NCBI GenBank assembly: GCA_020184695.1
Contig: JAANOX010000238.1
Location: 496,001-560,000, forward strand
DNA length: 64,000 nucleotides
Source of the DNA: Histomonas meleagridis 2922-C6/04-290x
Taxonomy: Eukaryota; Protista; Parabasalia
Reading direction: 5' to 3'
Shown piece by piece: positions 34,941-44,731 of this stretch. Within the stretch, counting starts at the first letter, position 1. Each line of letters begins with the position of its first letter. The translations under genes and the position numbers were made by a program. The notes under the pieces were generated by a model. The model searched no databases and was not told the DNA's origin. It saw only the letters and a program-made list of their open reading frames with translations.

Positions 34941-35100
34941 ATTTTGCCATTTGCTTCAGAATCAGGAAATGTTGAATTTGTGAAATATGTTTTAATAAAT
35001 TGGAATATGTTTTAATAATATGGAATATGTTTTAATAATTTAGAATATGTTTTAATAATTTGAAACAGTACTTCATATAGCAGTTAAAAATAATAATAAT
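34941..35100 (+). pseudogene. Ankyrin-repeat remnant interrupted by a 20-bp tandem repeat
   Basis: ILPFASESGNVEFVKYVL and ETVLHIAVKNNNN flank four copies of T(G/A)(G/A)AATATGTTTTAATAA(A/T)(T/A) at 34981-35060. Confidence 0.6.
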
Positions 35101-35550
35101 GATTGATAATGTGAATTGACCATATCCATCAAAAATAGCGCAAAACAATTTACTTTCATGGTCTACAAACAACTTGTACCGATTCAAATTAAAAAAAAGT
35201 AGCCAAACTTGATGATGGCTTTTTTTGCTTGTAAATCAATTTCGCGTTCCTAATGTAAATCTTTAATTTAATATTTTAAATACATCTGATGTTTCTCGTA
35301 TAAATTAAATTATAGCGATAAATAATGTGATTGAATTTTTTTATGAAAAACAAAACATATGTCAAAAGTAAATTTAAAAATTCACTTAAAGAGAACACAG
35401 AGTTTTATTTGATTCCTTCTACACCAAATCCATTTTTTTATAAAAGAATCGAAATGACATGAGAAACCGTTTATAAATTTTATCAAATTAAAAAATAGAA
35501 TATTATTTATTCAAACATATAATGTTTTTACAAAACACTTAAGGATACAA

Positions 35551-36618
35551 TCAAGATCCAAATGTTTTCTGTCGTACAATTCCTTTCCGCTCTGGCTTTT
35601 TTTGAATGTATGTCAAATTATTTATTCTTTTTGGAAGGATTAGATTTTGAGACACAGTTGAAGGAAGCAATGAAGTTGACCTTCGATATGAGGCATTTTC
35701 TGTAGTGCTTTTATGTAATGGACAGAGTGTACTATAATTATATTTTTGAATGTTATCAAATATTGGCGAACTAAGAAGTTTGGTTAATGGCTCTCTTTTT
35801 GCTGGATTTATTGCAGTCATAGATCGAATTAAACGACAAAATCTTGCATCAGCATATGAAGGAAAAGATACAACGCCTGTTTTGATGGCCATTTCCAGTT
35901 CTTCGTTGTTGTGGTATATCCATGGAAGCTTCCCAAACGCTAAACAATAAAATGTAATTCCAAGTGACCATATATCAGCTAAAAATGGATCTGATTTTTG
36001 GTAACTAATGACCTCTGGTGCCATGTATGGCCGTGAGCCAGCGCATACTTTAGTTGTTTCGCCTTTATCGACTTTTTTGCTCAATCCAAAGTCTGCAAGT
36101 TTTGGTCTACCACAATTATCCAAGAAAATATTTGCTGGTTTTATATCCCTATGAGCAACGTTTTGTTCGTGGCAGTATAAAAGAGCTTTCAATATTTGGT
36201 AACAATAGGAATATAATTTTGGTGATCTTATTGGTCCTTCTCTTTCAAGCAATTCTTGAAATGAGCCACCGCTGCAATACTCCAGTACGATGTACAAATT
36301 AGTGTGAGCTTCATCAAAGAAAAATTCGTACATTGAAATAATGTTTGGATGACATAATCTAAGTAATGTTATTGCTTCTCCTTTTGTTTCATCAGTTACT
36401 GGCTCTCTTTGCTTTATTTTCTTTATGCAAAATTCTTGGTTGTATTTATCTGAATGTACAAGAAATACAGATCCAAATCCACCTGCGCCAACAGGCTTTA
36501 GAAAATGATAGTTGTGTTCTGGGAGAACCTCTTGTATATCTGAGAAACTAATTTGAGGTTCTGGCTTCAGTTGCATTGTTGCATCCATTGGGTTTCTGGC
36601 GAAAACTTGTGAAATCAT
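35551..36618 (-). CDS. Ser/Thr protein kinase (CAMK-like), 355 aa
   Basis: GAGGFGSV, CIKKI, HRDIKPANI, DFG, YMAPE, DIWSLG. Confidence 0.95.
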   Translation of the reverse strand: MISQVFARNPMDATMQLKPEPQISFSDIQEVLPEHNYHFLKPVGAGGFGSVFLVHSDKYNQEFCIKKIKQREPVTDETKGEAITLLRLCHPNIISMYEFFFDEAHTNLYIVLEYCSGGSFQELLEREGPIRSPKLYSYCYQILKALLYCHEQNVAHRDIKPANIFLDNCGRPKLADFGLSKKVDKGETTKVCAGSRPYMAPEVISYQKSDPFLADIWSLGITFYCLAFGKLPWIYHNNEELEMAIKTGVVSFPSYADARFCRLIRSMTAINPAKREPLTKLLSSPIFDNIQKYNYSTLCPLHKSTTENASYRRSTSLLPSTVSQNLILPKRINNLTYIQKKPERKGIVRQKTFGS

Positions 36619-37250
36619 TTACAAAAGTGATCGCTTTTAAGTCGGTCATAATTTGACACGCTCAATTAACTGAAAATTTTTCATAATGTTCAAACCCCAA
36701 TAACAAAAAATTTTATTATCTGTGTAAATTCAAATTATTTTATTTTTCCATCATCAAATGCAGTAAGGTTTTTTATGTTGATTTTTCATCATTTAGAGCC
36801 AATCTTTCTTTGTGATTTAGAGCAATCATCTCATGTTTTTTTTATAAAAATGGAATGTTTAATGCTTTTTGTATGTAAAAACTTTTGGAAAATACCTAAT
36901 GATGCATTCAAGAGAATAACATTTTCTCATTTGAATACATTTTGCAAATAAGTAATTAATGCTATGTCACCAATGTATATGTAAAATTTCGATAATAATA
37001 TGAGCAGTTTCGTATGTATTTTTGTTATTTATTAAAGTCAAAAATAATAAATCAGTTTAGTTCAAGAAGGGAAAAAAACAAATAAACCATACAAATTATT
37101 AATTCATGAGTGAGAACTGTTTAAGTAGTGAGTTTTGTTTCAATCTCTTCCTTACGAAGGATTAAAACTGTTAGTTGTTTAACAGTTACCAGAAAAAATT
37201 CATGTGTGAATATCAAAAACAAATTAATGGCATATTTACAACACGTTTAA

Positions 37251-38039
37251 TCAATTTTGATCAGAAGGATTTTCTGCAAAAAGCCCTTTTGCAGTATTTA
37301 TTAGCTCAAGAACAAGTTTTCCAATTTTACTATCAAATGTTCCCGTGTTTAGGATAACATCAAAGTCGGACTCTGTCAGTGGATCATAAACAAGAACTTT
37401 TGCAAGTGACAGAATCGAATCTGCACATTGTTCAAAAGATTCTTTTGTTTCTTGAATAAAGGTTTCATTTTTGTTCATTTCAACAAAGTTTGAACTGTTT
37501 TCCATTTTAATAGTTTCCTCTTTGACTCGTCTGGAATAATCATGAATTTGAGATCTGAGAGTACTTGTCAACTTTTCCATTTTTTCGCTGTACAGTTCCA
37601 ACTTCCTTCTTCGCTCATTAATTTTTCTTTTGTTTTCTGTTTTTAATAATTTAAGTTCTTTTTGAAGGATGTTTCTTTGTGTCTTAAGAGCTTCTAGTTT
37701 TTCTGTAGCTTCTGATATTATAATTTTTTGTGAATCTGATTGAAGAGAAGTTAATGTTGAAACACTATGAGAATCTTTATTCTTTTTTTGTATTATTTTT
37801 TCTTCTGAAAAATTATGTGCTTTTTGTGTTTTTCTTTGTTGAAAACTTTTTTTCATCGAGTCTTTTTTTGTTTGATTATTTGCTAATTTCGGAATTTGAT
37901 AGTTTCTTTTATGATTTTGATTAACATGTGAAAAACTATCACTATCAGAAGAAGAATCAAGATTTATTGGTTCGGGTAAGACTGTAAACTTTTTTTGGCC
38001 ATAATTAAAATTCCAAGCTCCTTTTCCCCTCATAGACAT
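37251..38039 (-). CDS. Hypothetical protein with a central coiled coil, 262 aa
   Basis: ATG-initiated ORF with a basic low-complexity N-terminus and heptad repeats. Confidence 0.65.
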   Translation of the reverse strand: MSMRGKGAWNFNYGQKKFTVLPEPINLDSSSDSDSFSHVNQNHKRNYQIPKLANNQTKKDSMKKSFQQRKTQKAHNFSEEKIIQKKNKDSHSVSTLTSLQSDSQKIIISEATEKLEALKTQRNILQKELKLLKTENKRKINERRRKLELYSEKMEKLTSTLRSQIHDYSRRVKEETIKMENSSNFVEMNKNETFIQETKESFEQCADSILSLAKVLVYDPLTESDFDVILNTGTFDSKIGKLVLELINTAKGLFAENPSDQN

Positions 38040-38205
38040 ATTTTAAACGTACATTGTAAATTATTCAAAAATATTTTTTAGCAAAAATCAAACTAAAAAG
38101 ACAAAAAAATATTAGTTTTTACATTTGAGTTGTAAAAAATATTCACATTTTTTGTTTTTATGGAATCTACAATAAGTTAGCTTTCTTCAGAAAGGTGTTA
38201 CTTTA

Positions 38206-39297
38206 ATGACTTTCTATTATGGGTGTGTTGCGCATGGTGTAAAGATTGTAGCAGAATTTTCTGGAATCCAAGGAAATTTTCGTGAGATTATATATAAAAT
38301 GTTTCCCAAAATTAATTCATCATATTCATATTCTTCATGGGACCAATACAATTATAATATTTTTTCATTTCTTAATGATGAAATGATGTACATTTGTGTG
38401 GTTGACTCTACTGTTGATTTAAAAAAGAAAACGTTTTTTACATCAGAATTAAAAAGGCAATGGAGAGAAATATATGGAGAAAACGGAAAAGGATTTGAAG
38501 AAAATGAAAAAAGTTTGGAATTTGGTATTAATATTTTTTATTTATTAGAATTTTTTAATGTAGAACATACTGAAAAAGAAACTCAAAATGATAATACTGA
38601 ATACTTTCCAATTCAAAAAATAGAAAAACCTTCCTCATATAATGAAAGACTTATTATATCACATTTAGATGATATTATGAATGAATTTTTTGAACTTAAT
38701 GAGACAGCACAAACACTTCCACAACAGAAATATATTTCTCCTTTTTATTTAATTGGAATCAATACAATATTTATTATATTGATAATTCTTTGTTGCATAG
38801 GAGCAAATCTTTTTTCTGTAAAAAAAATTCATATATCAATGGAAAATAAAGTTCCTTATAATTTTTTGCTTATTGTAACTGCTTTTGCTATTTTAGCATC
38901 GCTATTTTTATTTCTTGTGTTATTTATAAATGAACCAGTTTTAAAATATTTAACAGTTGGCATCTCTGGATTTTGCATTTTTCTAGAAATTATTATGATA
39001 TTTATATCTTTTCGTAGTAAGAAAATTACGATGAATAATATGAAAGAAAAATGGATTAATGCCAAACTGCCATCAAAAGAAATCGAAAAAACGCTTGAAT
39101 GTTGTGGTTTTGAAGATCCATATGATAAAAACATGACACATTTATGCGGTTCACCACATTTTTATCATGTAACATGTATAACCAAAATAGAGCAAACAGT
39201 AAACACTCTAACCAGTCACAAAGGGATTGCGGGAATATTTATCTTAATTCTCAATATTCTTCATTTTGGATATATTATGTATGTGATCACAATATAA
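38206..39297 (+). CDS. Longin (VAMP7-type) domain fused to a four-TM tetraspanin-like domain, 363 aa
   Basis: Residues ~1-120 follow the VAMP7 longin pattern (YGCVAHGVKIVAEF..GNF.EI..KMFPKI...YICVVD...FTSELKRQW..YG). Four hydrophobic segments follow, with a large loop ECCGF...LCG...VTC between TM3 and TM4. Confidence 0.75.
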   Translation: MTFYYGCVAHGVKIVAEFSGIQGNFREIIYKMFPKINSSYSYSSWDQYNYNIFSFLNDEMMYICVVDSTVDLKKKTFFTSELKRQWREIYGENGKGFEENEKSLEFGINIFYLLEFFNVEHTEKETQNDNTEYFPIQKIEKPSSYNERLIISHLDDIMNEFFELNETAQTLPQQKYISPFYLIGINTIFIILIILCCIGANLFSVKKIHISMENKVPYNFLLIVTAFAILASLFLFLVLFINEPVLKYLTVGISGFCIFLEIIMIFISFRSKKITMNNMKEKWINAKLPSKEIEKTLECCGFEDPYDKNMTHLCGSPHFYHVTCITKIEQTVNTLTSHKGIAGIFILILNILHFGYIMYVITI

Positions 39298-39433
39298 TAA
39301 TTAAAAAATAAATTGTTATACAATATAATAATTAAAAAAAATTAATAGTTCTACAACACAACAATTAAAACAAATATTTCGACATGTTCAGCAAAAAATT
39401 CTCAACAAAATTTAATTAATAAAATAAACACAT

Positions 39434-42400
39434 TTACTCTTGTGCATTCACAACCGATATGAATTGCGAGAACGGCAAAAACAAGAAATAATTTCCATAT
39501 CTAACTTGAAACGTAGCGATATTAATAATTCCCGGCCTCATGACGAGTAACTGGAAGTCGAATTCCATTGATTGACCCGAATCGATTTTTTCGCATGTGA
39601 ATTCTTCCTTACCGATCCAAATCGCATTTGTGCTTCCAGTTTCTTGAAAGTCGACGTGTGACACGGAAATATCCTTAATCACATTCTTCGTCATGTTTAA
39701 TACTTTCAGCTTAATATTAACAGTTTCATATCCGACATCTTTAAGCTCAACGAAATCGGGCGAAATGATTTGGAATCGAAATGGATACGATAAAAAGATA
39801 TCGTTTGGAATCGTATATTGCGAATTGAAATCGCAATTTTCTTTTGTGTATGTAAGTGAACCAGATGATTTCATATCATTGATAAAATACTCATCTTGAT
39901 TATTACAGTCGCATTTATCTGTGTTATGTTCAAATAGAAAACTACGAAATGTATTCGATGTGATGTAATTGTCAGTTTCTAACATTAATGTATAACATTT
40001 GTCCTTAATATGTACTTTATGTAAATGAATTGGATCTTCTCTTGTTTGGACATCGACAAAATAAAGTAAATCAAAGGTATTTCGTGGATCTAATAAAATT
40101 ACATTTTTCATATCTTCGGATTTTTTGCAATTTATATGAAATAATTGTGAATATGATCTCCACTGAAAGCCACTATTCGCTATATAAAACCATACAAGAT
40201 GGATTTCAATATCTTTGTCAGCACCATATACATAACCGCTAACTTCTATCGTATCGTCGGTATCGGTTTGTGGTGTGACCATATTAACAATTGACAAACT
40301 TTGTTTGTACGTTTGACCGTTATTAAAATACAAATTTTTTGGTGCGTCATGTACAGCTATAATTGATTTTAAGGGACTTTTTCCTTTACATTTTATACTA
40401 AACAAAAACGGCCTAATTTCATTTTGCTTCATTTCCTTTGGGAAATCTTCAATATCAACTTCTATTAAAGATTGACCTTCAAAAGATTGAAATTCCATTT
40501 TCGGGAATTGCGTTGTAACATGTAATAAGTCCCAAAGAGAAAATGAGATTTTATCAATGGAAAACTTCATTTGTTTTGTAACAACGAAAGAACATAAAAC
40601 AGTAATTTCATAAACATTTTCTTCTATTTTTAAATTGACCTCAGAAGTTTTATTCCAATTAACAATTTCTTCATCCAAAGTTTCCATTATTAATTTCATT
40701 TTCGATAAATAATATGGCGCAGTACCAAAGTTCCGATGTAACTTTAATTGTAAATAAACAGGTTCGCCGCATGCGACTTTATTAATTTTGGAGACATTAT
40801 GAATCCATTTCTTAGTGAATGAAATTTCTCTTTTTGTTTTATTCCAAAACTCAAAGATCGGTTTAAACTTAATGGAATCGAATCCAAATGATTCAGGTGA
40901 ACCATATTCGAATAAAGAAGTCGAAGAAACGCTCATTATCGGAAGAGATATTTTGGAAACAAATGTACTATCTGAATTAGGCAAATTAAAAGCCTTAAAA
41001 AAATCCATAAAATTCTTTTGTTGATTTTCTTTTGCATCATAAACAAATAAATTCAAATATATTAATGACGCAAAAGATGCGCAATTACATAATATTAAAT
41101 ACTCGGCAACATTTTTTAATGTTTTGATAACAATTTGTTTCCATGAAACACTTTGGTAAGTTGAAGGCTCTTTTAAATTTTCGATTTTCCCAATACCACA
41201 AACAAATATTTTCTTATGTTTCATGTCATTTTCACATATTAAATAATGTATATATGATGAACATCGTAACGCATGTCCATAAAATTTGGCTCTCCCATAA
41301 AGTATTGATGATCGATATAAATAAAAAGCTGCTTTTTTCTTTTGTTCTTTTGTTAAGAATAAACCAGCAATTCTTTCATAACAAACAGCTTTTATAGCAT
41401 CGCTTATCTTTAATGTTAATAATGTGCATAAGAACTTTTCTAATATTGTCACATTTTTGAATGTTAAAAATTGAAATGCTTTAAAAAATAAACATAACGC
41501 CGTATCCATATCGTTGTCTTTAATGTACATAGTTATTAAATCACATATTAAATGCTCAAACTTCGGATTTAGAAATATTTCATTAACTGGAAAATTACTG
41601 ATCAGAAGGTGAACGTTAAGCAGCAAAACGGTTTTTTCTGCGAAAAAGTTCGGAATGCCCAAAAGTTTACGGACGATTTCAGATGCTTCATAATAATGGC
41701 CAACATTTATATATGAAAATGCTAATTGTAATTGTAATAAATTTATGTTGTGTTGGTGAATTCCTTTCCTAGACTTTTTAAATAAGTTTTGTATAAAAGT
41801 GCTTTTTTTAACTTCTAATAAAATCGTTTCGCCTAATTTGGTAATAAATTTTTGTAATGTGTTTGGAACCTTCTCATTAACAATAGGTAGAATACATTTG
41901 TTTTGAAGAAAATCAATTAATTCATCTGACAAATAAAACTTTTCTTTCCCTTCGTTTTGGTATAATTTCGAAAATATTGAAAAGAATTGTTCTGATAATT
42001 GAGTGCTTCCTTCCAAATTACATGTAAATGTTTGATCGCCAGTGGTGAAAACAATGGAATTTTCTGTAAATGCCACATGATAAGTTGTTGTAATTGAGTC
42101 CAAATCATAATGTAATAAATCATTAAAATGTTGGGTTTGAATTTGTGAAATATATTCATGCGCATCTGTTGTGGAGGAAAAGATAAGGTAATGACATGGG
42201 TTGTCGTAAAGTTGAAATGGTGGATTTAAGCTCCCGAAAAATAAATAGAAAATAGAACGAAACCAAAGAGTGGAATGAAGCATACTTTCGATTCCATATG
42301 GGTTTCCTTTCGTTGTGAGAAATTGTTCAGGAAAACTTTTGGTACGAAATAATTCGTCAGATTTTTCAAGAATTGTTTGAATTTGGGATTCAACGGGTAT

Positions 42401-42598
42401 AATAGTTTCATTATCAATAATTCTATTTAAGTTAAGATATTTAAAATTAATTTTAAGCTGATGAATTGATTTTGATGCACATGCAAAAAAATATATTAAG
42501 CTGAATTTCCATTTGGATAACTTCTTTTCTATATCTGGGTCAACGTAAATTGCAATGACTGGTGCGAATTCGTAAAAAAAAAATTTTTGGTTCTTCAT
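39434..42598 (-). CDS. TRAPPC8: TRAPP III subunit TRAPPC8/Trs85-like, 1054 aa
   Basis: YERIAGLF..KKAAFYLYRSSILYGRAKFYGHALRC resembles the TRAPPC8 LEQAA..RKYAFHMILAGHRF..HALRC block. VACGEPVYLQL is followed by beta-rich domains. Confidence 0.65.
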   Translation of the reverse strand: MKNQKFFFYEFAPVIAIYVDPDIEKKLSKWKFSLIYFFACASKSIHQLKINFKYLNLNRIIDNETIIPVESQIQTILEKSDELFRTKSFPEQFLTTKGNPYGIESMLHSTLWFRSIFYLFFGSLNPPFQLYDNPCHYLIFSSTTDAHEYISQIQTQHFNDLLHYDLDSITTTYHVAFTENSIVFTTGDQTFTCNLEGSTQLSEQFFSIFSKLYQNEGKEKFYLSDELIDFLQNKCILPIVNEKVPNTLQKFITKLGETILLEVKKSTFIQNLFKKSRKGIHQHNINLLQLQLAFSYINVGHYYEASEIVRKLLGIPNFFAEKTVLLLNVHLLISNFPVNEIFLNPKFEHLICDLITMYIKDNDMDTALCLFFKAFQFLTFKNVTILEKFLCTLLTLKISDAIKAVCYERIAGLFLTKEQKKKAAFYLYRSSILYGRAKFYGHALRCSSYIHYLICENDMKHKKIFVCGIGKIENLKEPSTYQSVSWKQIVIKTLKNVAEYLILCNCASFASLIYLNLFVYDAKENQQKNFMDFFKAFNLPNSDSTFVSKISLPIMSVSSTSLFEYGSPESFGFDSIKFKPIFEFWNKTKREISFTKKWIHNVSKINKVACGEPVYLQLKLHRNFGTAPYYLSKMKLIMETLDEEIVNWNKTSEVNLKIEENVYEITVLCSFVVTKQMKFSIDKISFSLWDLLHVTTQFPKMEFQSFEGQSLIEVDIEDFPKEMKQNEIRPFLFSIKCKGKSPLKSIIAVHDAPKNLYFNNGQTYKQSLSIVNMVTPQTDTDDTIEVSGYVYGADKDIEIHLVWFYIANSGFQWRSYSQLFHINCKKSEDMKNVILLDPRNTFDLLYFVDVQTREDPIHLHKVHIKDKCYTLMLETDNYITSNTFRSFLFEHNTDKCDCNNQDEYFINDMKSSGSLTYTKENCDFNSQYTIPNDIFLSYPFRFQIISPDFVELKDVGYETVNIKLKVLNMTKNVIKDISVSHVDFQETGSTNAIWIGKEEFTCEKIDSGQSMEFDFQLLVMRPGIINIATFQVRYGNYFLFLPFSQFISVVNAQE

Positions 42599-42802
42599 CG
42601 AACCCAGATGTCTCTGTAGAACGTTAAAAGATCATGTAAACTCAAACACAAAAAGTAGCAACCACCCACTTTTTGAATACAAAGAATGATATCATGTCAC
42701 ATGATTAATCATGAAACCGTTTAAATATTGCTACTTAACGTTTTCTATAGGACAGAACATTGTTTACAATTTCAATCGATTTAGCCTCCAAAATTGATAA
42801 AA

Positions 42803-42808
42803 ACCGTT
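42803..42808 (+). promoter_or_regulatory. M3/Myb-like element (ACCGTT) 10 bp upstream of the transporter ATG
   Basis: RCSGTT consensus; a second copy lies at ~42716-42721. Confidence 0.45.
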
Positions 42809-42818
42809 TACAAAAACA

Positions 42819-43952
42819 ATGGAAGAGAAACCAAAAAAAAATTATGGTTATGCTATCGCGATTGTTTGCATGCTTATTTTTGGAACTTGTACATCGGTTT
42901 TAATGAAAGTCATGCTTACAATAGAATCACCAGGGTTTAAAGGCATAAAACATAATTTTGATAAGCCATTTATGCAATCATTTTTAATGTTCTTTGGAAT
43001 GGCTTTTTCTTATTTCATAGCTAAAGTTTGGGATCCAGAAAAGAAAGGTAAGAAATTATCTGCATCATGGTCACAAAGAGTCATTATAGCAATTCCAGCA
43101 GCATTTGATTTATTTGCTTCCACTCTCATGACATTTGGTTTAATTTACATTAACGTTTCAATCTTCCAAATGCTTCGTGGATCAATGGTTATCTTTTCAG
43201 CAATCATTTCCATTCTTTTCTTAAAGAGGAAAATTCCAGCCTACAGATGGTTCAGTATTTGCATTACCATTGTTGCTCTTGTAATGATTGGAGTTGCCGG
43301 AATGTATGTTCCATCTGTTAGCTCGAGTAGCGAAACAAGTGAAGCACCCGAATATTCTGCCACACAAAAACTTCTTGGTGCAGTTTTAGTTGTTCTGTCC
43401 CAACTTGTTCAAGCTGCTCAAATTGTCACAGAAGAATATGTACTTCAAGATGTCAACATGCCTGCTCTTGAGATTGTTGGATGGGAAGGAATCTGGGGCC
43501 TTGTTCTTATGATCATTGTTGGTTTTCCATTTGCTTTTATTGTTCCAGGAAATGATCCATCACCACTTGGAACATCACTTGAGAACTTCATAGACTCATT
43601 CATCCAGCTCTTCTCATCTGGAAAAGTTATCTTAGTATGTCTCTTCTTTGTTTTGGCTGTTCTCTTCTATAATATGTTTGGAATGCTCGTCACTTCACAT
43701 TCATCGGCGGTTAACCGCACAATTCTGGAAGCTGCACGTACATTGTTCATATGGATTGTTACATTAATTTGTGCTTATGCAGGAGCCGGATTCGGTGAGC
43801 TGTGGGTAAATTGGTCCTTCTTAGAACTTGGAGGATTCTTTTTATTAGTGTTGGCTACGTTCATTTATAATGATGTGTTCAAATTGCCTTGTTTTAATTA
43901 TGAAAAGAAGGATGACGAGGCAATCCTTAATGGTGCGTTAGGGCAAGAATAA
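42819..43952 (+). CDS. SLC35F6: Drug/metabolite (nucleotide-sugar) transporter, SLC35F6-like, 377 aa
   Basis: About 10 TM segments; FDKPFMQSFLMFFGM, IPAAFDL, SIFQMLRGS, EIVGWEG, RTILEAART. Confidence 0.85.
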   Translation: MEEKPKKNYGYAIAIVCMLIFGTCTSVLMKVMLTIESPGFKGIKHNFDKPFMQSFLMFFGMAFSYFIAKVWDPEKKGKKLSASWSQRVIIAIPAAFDLFASTLMTFGLIYINVSIFQMLRGSMVIFSAIISILFLKRKIPAYRWFSICITIVALVMIGVAGMYVPSVSSSSETSEAPEYSATQKLLGAVLVVLSQLVQAAQIVTEEYVLQDVNMPALEIVGWEGIWGLVLMIIVGFPFAFIVPGNDPSPLGTSLENFIDSFIQLFSSGKVILVCLFFVLAVLFYNMFGMLVTSHSSAVNRTILEAARTLFIWIVTLICAYAGAGFGELWVNWSFLELGGFFLLVLATFIYNDVFKLPCFNYEKKDDEAILNGALGQE

Positions 43953-44109
43953 ATCATATGACTGGTCACAACTTTTGTTTTCATTAGAAATGTTAAATTT
44001 AAATTCCATAAAATATTTTGGTTTTTCTTTGATAATCATTTATTAAAATTACATAATGTAAAAATATTTTCCATCTTGTTTTATAATATATTTCCTGTTA
44101 ACAAAAGTG

Positions 44110-44681
44110 ATACAACAAGTCAACATCCTTCCCATTGGTGCTTCTCATATAGGAAAAATGAGTTTGCTTTTTTTGGCTAGTAATGACACACGCATAACAG
44201 AGAGGGAACGAGTACCAAGTTGTATTGATGGAAACATTCAGTGACTCAAAAGAAAATTTTTATTTCGTTCTGGGAATGTGGATCTCCCGATGAGCATTAT
44301 CCTATAGGACATTTACAAGCACAGTACGATGCAGCAGATTTGGTAAGAAACTGACTGTTTTCTTCTACTTATCTACTGAAGTAGAAGAAAACTCTACTTA
44401 TCTAATGATGTTAATTCATTGAAATATACTGCTGATACATTTACACCGTTGGTCAATATTGCCACCATCCTAATGGAAAATATGTATCACATGTGCTTAT
44501 CGGACTCCAAGCAGATAAGAAGATCCCCAGAGAAAGGCCGAATAACCTTGATATTCAAGATGACATGCAAAAGTGTGGTGGTGTTGGAGCTAAATCTTTT
44601 TCTGTTTTTACATCAGATGGACAAGAAATAAGAGATTTCCTCATCGATTCATATTTCAATGCAGCTAAATTCAAAAAATAA
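44110..44681 (+). pseudogene. Degraded coding-like sequence of unknown family
   Basis: GC is higher than in the flanking intergenic DNA, and short protein-like pieces occur in different frames (HYPIGHLQAQY; YTVGQYCHHPNGKYVSHVLIGLQADKK...AAKFKK*). Confidence 0.3.
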
Positions 44682-44731
44682 GATCAGTTGTTAATTAAAT
44701 TCACTATAATTTTATTTTCCTACAAAACAAA

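Noticed and set aside
44343-44384. Possible GT-AG intron (GTAAG...TAG)
   Set aside because: It lacks the conserved trichomonad ACTAAC branch/3' motif, and the segment is better explained as a fold-back insertion.
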